Assembly: GCA_963750165.1 (NCBI GenBank)
Contig: CAVVPN010000004.1
Span: 640,001 to 704,000, forward strand
Origin: an uncultured Gemmataceae bacterium
Lineage (GTDB): Bacteria; Planctomycetota; Planctomycetia; Gemmatales; Gemmataceae
Reading direction: 5' to 3'
DNA: 64,000 nucleotides
Shown here: positions 58,801 through 64,000 of the stretch, one piece after another
Layout: each line of letters opens with the position of its first letter
Position numbering within the stretch: position 1 is the first letter of the stretch
Position numbers and translations under genes: made by a program
Notes under the pieces: generated by a model
Told to the model about the DNA's origin: nothing
The model's input: only the letters and a program-made list of their open reading frames with translations
Database searches by the model: none

Positions 58801-61800
58801 CCGGTCGCCAGCGGGTTGAGGTCGCCGTTGGCCAGCAGGGCCGGGCCCTGGCCGAGGAAGATGCTCAGGTGATCGCCCGCGAACACCTGCACTGACTGAC
58901 CGTTGACCGTCTGGCTGCTGAAGCTGACGTTGCCCTGCAGCGTCACGAAGTTGCCGATGTTGATCGTCAGGTTCGACACCGACACCGCGAACAGGTTGCC
59001 CTCGCTGGCGCCGAAGTTGATCGCGATGCTCTGGCCGTTGACCACGATCGTCTCGTTGACGGCCCCCGGCGTCGTGTTGATGCGGAGCAGGATGTTGCCG
59101 CCCGCCGACACGCCGCCGCCGCTAACCGTCGCGGTGCCGGACAGCACGCCCGCGATGCCCGTCGTGTTGACGCCTTGCAGACTCGTCGTGATCTCGACCA
59201 GGCCGCCCTGTCCGTTCGTCAGCGACACCGAGCCGCCGCTGACCGTGACGTGCGCCAGGCCAATGCTGAGGACCTGGGTGCCGTTCGGGTCCGTCTGCTG
59301 TTGGAGGAACAGGTCGCCCGTCAGCGTGTAGGTCGTGCCGCCGACCGAGATGGTCGCGTTCAGGTTCGTCACCATCACCCGCAGGAACGGCCCGGCCGGC
59401 AGCGTCAGCATCTGGCCGCTGACGAACGGCTCGGAAACCGCTTGTGAGGTGGTGTTGACCTGGATGCTGATGTTGCCGGTAATCGAGGCGAAGCCCGGCA
59501 GGCTCAGCGTCGCGTTGGTGCTGAAGGAGCCAGCGATGCCCTGCGGGTAAACGATCAACTCGCCGTTGCCATCGGTAATGTTCACGAGGGGCGTGCCGCC
59601 GACGGTTAGCTGGACGTGCAGGTTGGCCACCGTCGCCTTGACCACCGCGGCGCCCGTCGAGTTGGTGCCCTTCTGGAAGGTGAAGTCGCCGCTGATCTGC
59701 TGGCCGGCGACGGTCAGCGTCACGCCGGTGCCCTGGATTTCCACATACGGCCCCATCGGCACCGACAGCGTCACCGGCGTCATGGTGCCGGGGACGGTGA
59801 AGCTGGCGTTGACCGCGTTGCCGGTGGTGTTGACCAGCACGCTGAGCGTGGCGCTCAGGCTGACGCCCGGGACACTGACGCTCACGGTGCCGCTGCCCTG
59901 GCCGGCGATGCCCGCGGGGGTCAGCACGAAGTACGCCGAGCCGTTGCTGAGCGTCACCAGACCGCCGCCGAGCGACACGTTCAGGTTGGCGACGCTGATG
60001 CGGACTTCCGTCTGGTGCGTGGTCGCGTCCGTCGTCTGATCGAAGCCGAAGTCGCCCGTCAGCGACTGGCCGAGCACCATCACCGTCAGGCCCGTGGCGG
60101 CGAAGCGCACGAACGGCCCGGCCGGCACGTTCAGCACCACCGAACCCGTGCCCACCGGGATCGTCTCGTTGACCGCCTGGCTCGTCTGGTTGATTTGCAG
60201 CGTCAGGTTGCCCATCACCTGCACGCCCGGGATGTTGACCGTCAGCGTGCCGGACAGCTGGCCGGCGACGCCCGCGGCGGTCAACACCAGGCTGCCCTGG
60301 CCGTTCGTCAGTGAGACGTAAGGGTGAATCACCTGCACCACGGCGCCGGTGCTGTCCGTCTCGGCGTTCAGCCGGCCGCTGCTGGTCAGTGTCAGCACGG
60401 TGTCCGTGACCGCCGCGACAGTGTAGGTGCCGTTGTCCGCGCTGGTGCCGGTGACCAGGATGGTATTGCCGACCTGGAAGCCGTCGCTGTTCCAGCTGCC
60501 GGCGCTGCGGGTGACGGTGTCGCCGCCAGTCAGGGGGGCGAACGTCAGCGCCGGACTGCCGGTCGCCTGGGCGCCGCCGCTGGTGTCGCCGAGCACGAAG
60601 TTCACGTTGCTGGCGGCGACGAGGACCACCGGGTTGGCGTTGCCGTCGGTCATCTTCTCGAAGGTGAAGTTGCCCGTCACGGCCTGGCCGGCGACTGCCA
60701 GCTGAATGTTGGTGCCGGCCACTTGCAGGTACGGCCCGGCCGGCAGCATCAGCGTCACCGCCACGCCCGCGACCGTGAAGGTCTGGTTGACCGCAGCCGT
60801 TGTCGTGTTGATCTGCAGGCTGAACTGGCCGCTGAAGTTCGCCGCGGGGATCGACACCGTCGCGCTCGAGCTGGCCCGCCAGGCCGGCGGCGCTCGCCAC
60901 GAAGCTCCCCTGACCCTGCGACACCACCACCAGGTTCGTGCCGCCGGACGCGAACGTCAGGCCCACGTTTGTGGCCGCCACGCTGATGAGCGAACTGCCG
61001 TCGGGCTGCGTCAGTTTCTCGAAGGCGAAGTTGCCCGTCAGTGTCTGGCCGAGGATGCCGAGGCTGACGTTCTGGCCCGAGACGTGGACGAAGGGCCCGG
61101 CCGGCACGTTAATCGCCGTGCTGCTGCCCGCCGGCATGAAGCTGACCGCCGCCGACGTGGTGTTGAGCGCCAGGTCGAACTGGCCGCTGAACGTCACCTG
61201 CGGGATGTTGACCGCCACGCTGGCGCTGAAGTCGCCGGCCAGGCCGGCGCTGGTCACCTGCAGCGCGCCGCTGCCCTGCGTCACCGACACAATGGGGGTG
61301 CTGCCGGAGCCCAGCGTCAGGCCGACGTTGCTGCCCTGCACCACCAGCGACTGGAACTGGCCCTGGGCGGTCGTCGTCTTCGTGAAGCTGAAGTCGCCCG
61401 TCAACGACTGGCCGAGCACCGAGATCGTCAGGGCGGTCGCGGTGAAGGTATCGACCTGGTCCGTGGTGCTGAAGCTGAGCAGGACGTTCTGCGTCGTGCC
61501 CGGGATGCTCAGCGTCTGGTTGACCGTCTGGCCGCTGTCATTGACGCGGACGTGGGCGGTGCCGCTGACCGTCACGCCGGTGACGCCGAGCAGCTGCACC
61601 GTGCCGGTCGCGTCCAGGGCGTAGGTCGCAGTGCCGCCGCTGGTGAACTTGATGACGCCGATGTTGGCGTTGGCCAGGTACAGGCCCGTGGCGCCCGGGT
61701 TGATGTCGCCGTTGTCCAGCGTTGCCGGGCCCTGGCCCAGGAAGATGCTCAGTCCGGTGCCCGCGAACTCCTGCACCGCCACGCCGTTCAGCGTCGTGTT

Positions 61801-64000
61801 GGTGAAGGACAGGCTGCCGCCGATGGTGATGAAGTTGTCGATGTTGAGCGTCAGGTTGGCGCCATAGAACTGCGTGAACGCACTGCCGCCCGAGGCCACC
61901 TCGTTCGGCCCGAACAGGATGTTGACGCTGTGGCCGCCGATGGCGATGGTCTCGTCCACGGCGTTCGGCGTCGAGTTGATGCGGAAACCGATGTCGCCGC
62001 CGGCACTGAAGCCCGGCACACTGGCCGGCGGCGTCATCACCATCCCGGACAGGAAGCCGGCGACGCCCGCGGTGCTGATGATGAAGCCGCCCTGGCCGTT
62101 GCCCAGGACGTTGCTGCCGCTGACCGCCAGCGTGATGCCCGTGGCGGCAAAGCGCGTCACCGTGCCCTGCCCCGCCACCGTCGTCTGGTCGAAGCTGAAC
62201 GAACCCATCAGCGTCGCCGCGCTGCCGACCGTCAGCGACGCGCCAATCGCGGTCACGCGGAAGAACGGCCCCATCGGCTCGACCAGTGGCTGGCTGGCGC
62301 CGGTGATCGTCTCGTTGACGGCGACCGGCATCGTGTTCACGTCGATGACAACGCTGGTGGCGGTCAGCGTCACGCCCGGCACCGCGAAGCTCGCCGTCAC
62401 CGCGAAGTTGGCCGCGATGCCCTGCGCCGTCAGCAGGAAGGTGCCGCCGCCGTTCGTCACGTTCACGAAGGTGGTGCCGCCGGCCGCCAGCACCAGCATC
62501 AGGCCGTTCACCGAGAACGTCACCACCTTGCTGCCGTCGGTCGCCGTGGTCTGCACGACGGTGAAGGTGCCGGTGGGGGTCAGACCGATGGTCTGGCCGG
62601 CGATGCTCAGGCTCACGCCGGTGCCGGAGACGCGGACGTAGTTCGGGGCCGTGATCGTGTTCACGTCGATGGTGAACGCGCCGGCCAGCACCTGCACGCT
62701 CGGCAAATTGACGGCCAGCGTCGCGGTGATGCTGCCCTGGATGCCGTTGCTCTGGACCGTCAACATGCCCGAACCGGTGGCCTGGACCAGCGTGTTGGTG
62801 CCGTCGCCCAGGCTCAGCACCACGTTGCTGGCGGTGACCATCAGGACATGATTGACGTTGTCCTCGCTGAAGCTGAAGTCGCCGCTCAGCGACTGGCCGG
62901 CGGCCGTCAGCATCAGCCCGGTGCCGCCGAAGCGGTTGCTGTTGGCCGGGACGCTCAGCGTCTGCGTCACGCCATTGACCGTGATGCTGCGGTTGATGTC
63001 CGTCGTGAAGGTGCTGCGCTGGAAGCTCAGCGTGCCGGACAGGCCCAGGTGCTGGATGCCGACCAGTTGCACGCTGCCGCCGGCCTGCACCGCGATTCCG
63101 CCGGGGGCGATCAGCATCGCCAGGCTGGCGCCGCTGACCTGCACGCCGACGTTGTTGGCCCCGACGAAGATGCTGACGCCGGTGGCCGCGATCAGCACTT
63201 CGGTGAAGTCGTCCGCGGTGCCGAGCACACCGTCGGGGCCGGGGTTGGTCGATTGCTGGATCGCGAAGCTGCCGGTCAGCGTCACGCCGGCGACCATCAG
63301 GCTGACGTTGTCGGCGCCGAAGCGGCTGGTGCCGGCCGGCACGGTCAGCGGCGTCGAGGTGGCGCCGATGGTGACCGTGTGCGCGGCGCTGGTGGTGGTG
63401 TTGCGCTGGGCGTGCAGGTTGCCCATGAAGGTTACGCCGCTGATGCCGACGACGCTGGCGGCGCCGCTGGCGTCGAAGTCGTAGGTGCCGTCGGGCTCAA
63501 TCACGGCCAGCAGGGTGCCGCCGGTCACCTGCACGCCCAGCGTCAGCGTGCCGCCACTCATCTGGCCGGCGGCGAAGCTGACGTTCGTGGCGGAGATGCT
63601 GATCTCGTTGGTCGTCGCGTTCTTCGCGATGCCGAAGCTGCCGCTCAGCGTGGCGACCGGCGTCGTCAGCGTCAGCACGGTGCCAGTCCTGGTGCTGATG
63701 GTGTAACTGGTGCCGTTGGTGGTGTCGGCGTTGACGTCGATAGTGCCGCTCAGGCCCAGGTCGCTCAGGCCAGTCAGGGCGACCGTGCCCTCGGCGGTCA
63801 GCGTGAACGAGCCGGCCGGGTGGACGCTCACCAGGTAAACGCTGGCGTTCAGGCTGGCGTTGGTCAGCGACAGGCCGACGCCGCTAGCCCCGATGAAGGC
63901 GCTGACGCCCGACGCGGTGATGGTCAGCATCGTCGGGTGGCCCTGGGTGTCGAAGGTCACCTGGAAGCCGAACATCCCGCTCAGGGCGACGAAGCTCTGG
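7455..64000 (-). CDS. Giant multi-repeat cell-surface protein (adhesin-like), at least 18,847 aa when three 1-nt frame breaks are joined; 5' end lies beyond the window
   Basis: The ORFs 59122-63975, 53535-60857, 34778-54565 and 7455-34781 share composition and repeat families. Each of the first three turns into out-of-frame sequence exactly where the next frame continues the same repeat (~60867, ~54680, ~34814). The frame is open to the right edge (QSFVALSGMFGFQ). Codon sum: 1044+2062+6622+9119. Confidence 0.85.
8300..14200 (-). repeat. About 29 tandem 60-70 aa repeats (beta-helix-like stalk)
   Basis: Consensus FTLTNTSLSSTDGLSLTLSGITTANLTDTAGGHTFTVSGWTGTGSLTD.....DTVVASKAGG, counted by the conserved W. 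DNA copies are near-identical in 8440-10500. Confidence 0.9.
16180..28460 (-). repeat. About 27 dispersed or tandem 85-100 aa G.TW modules
   Basis: Consensus TLTGTPAVGETWTLTLDG.TYSYTV..GDTLA.VA.GLAAAI......A...G..LTV, i.e. beta strands plus one amphipathic helix. Confidence 0.85.
25990..26480 (-). other. PPC-like (pre-peptidase C-terminal) beta-sandwich domain
   Basis: HDSIYTAQNL...DYYSFTIT...IFDM...SRLELLDQAGNLIA...DDRLTYTF..PATYYLVV...NYVLQVS. Confidence 0.7.
28500..29260 (-). other. Two Calx-beta-like domains
   Basis: YTVVLTQAP...LIFDRTNWFIPQTVTVTAPDD and YALVLTKQPTTNV...FSPANWDVPVIITVMAV. Confidence 0.65.
29410..31540 (-). repeat. Degenerate RTX/hemolysin-type GGxGxD repeats
   Basis: GGSGNDVF, GGTGNELY, GGTGNDTY, GGQGDSDF, GGDGTNTF, AQAGNDIF and GGLGSDIF. 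Confidence 0.75.
33075..34235 (-). repeat. Five tandem ~75-aa TITR..GSW..DGF modules (single copies also at ~34860-35095 and ~60330-60565)
   Basis: Consensus PTLTF....DTITRSAGSW..DGF..GQ.I.VQGT..NDG.YTI..VT.T.LTL.....L.NE. Confidence 0.85.
34814..54679 (-). CDS. Giant protein segment 3 (6622 aa; ORF track 34778-54565)
   Basis: The frame is already meaningful upstream of the called GTG (SNAGLAAVLSASGTLNVSG...). Contains PAGP beta repeats, an EVQ-domain array, Ig-like domains and RTX-like repeats. Confidence 0.9.
36900..39330 (-). repeat. Second degenerate RTX-like block
   Basis: GGSGNNIF, GGAGTDNI, GGGGSDIL, GGQGSDTF, GSGNDNI, GGTGNDNF, GGAGNNLF and GAGGNDNI. Confidence 0.75.
42040..46790 (-). 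repeat. Six bacterial Ig-like domains (two at ~46000-46790, four at ~42040-43570)
   Basis: Consensus ATL.NP..G......LN..GYIDVTF......D..S......PT.V.GTTYRY.FTG....G.VTVNFIAG.FKD..GN....T.TFTV. Confidence 0.75.
50450..53810 (-). repeat. Array of about 10 ~100-aa EVQ modules
   Basis: Consensus SEVQTVTVVAGGGTFTLSFNGQTTAALAYNATAAQVQTALAALSNIGTGNVAVT..GNTYTITFQGTLAN. Dispersed copies near 45580, 31900, 21735, 17945 and 17035. Confidence 0.9.
54681..60866 (-). CDS. Giant protein segment 2 (2062 aa; in-frame part of ORF 53535-60857)
   Basis: About 16 PAGP beta repeats. The translation becomes Arg/Pro/Gln-rich out-of-frame sequence after ...INGSVQL at 54681. Confidence 0.88.
60868..64000 (-). CDS. 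Giant protein segment 1 (at least 1044 aa, 5'-truncated; in-frame part of ORF 59122-63975)
   Basis: Same beta repeats. Out of frame after ...AGLAGQL at 60868. No stop codon between 63975 and the window end. Confidence 0.88.

Larger units (their letters stand above)
46900..64000 (-). repeat. About 35 ~110-aa amphipathic beta-meander PAGP repeats
   Basis: Consensus LPAGPFVQVSGTGLTLNVLGQTLTGNFAFEQ.T...G...V.VAASNVSLTLG.....VSVTNGQG.F.ITSAG.AGQLSATVAVNVPGVTLSGTF.LAINTTTAAVNQTFTVG. Confidence 0.9.

Noticed and set aside
59122..60867. Arg/Gln-rich C-terminal tail of ORF 59122-63975
   Set aside because: Out-of-frame read-through after the break at ~60867.
7776..63706. Many long plus-strand ORFs (e.g. 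44777-52591, 53802-58895, 10149-14570) and short Val/Pro/Leu-rich ORFs
   Set aside because: Antisense shadows of the giant gene caused by GC-rich codon bias. Their translations mirror its repeats and carry no motifs of their own.
1..64000. tRNA, rRNA, transposase, integrase or catalytic toxin domains
   Set aside because: None recognised. Nearly all the sequence is accounted for by the genes above, though a diverged enzymatic domain inside the giant protein cannot be excluded without profile searches.

Overview
High-GC bacterial DNA, probably from a planctomycete (inferred from a Tat-signal DUF1501 gene and a C-terminal DUF4214-type region). All credible genes are on the minus strand. The left 7 kb carries, in order: a truncated hypothetical gene, an NAD-dependent epimerase, a lower-GC AAA/ABC-ATPase + DUF4276-like pair (candidate defence module), a secreted alpha/beta hydrolase, a small orphan ORF and the DUF1501 gene. 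The other 56.5 kb (7455 to beyond 64000) reads as ONE giant surface-protein gene of at least 18,847 aa, still open at the right edge. Three single-base frame breaks split it into four ORFs. Two of the breaks sit at the identical 10-mer CAGCTCGAGC, where intact paralogous repeats read CAGCTCAGC, so they may be consensus errors rather than gene boundaries. The protein is built from at least eight repeat families, several nested inside one another, and ends in a beta-helix-like stalk and a DUF4214-type anchor. All family names are from pattern recognition only; no database searches were run, and repeat counts and internal domain boundaries are approximate.
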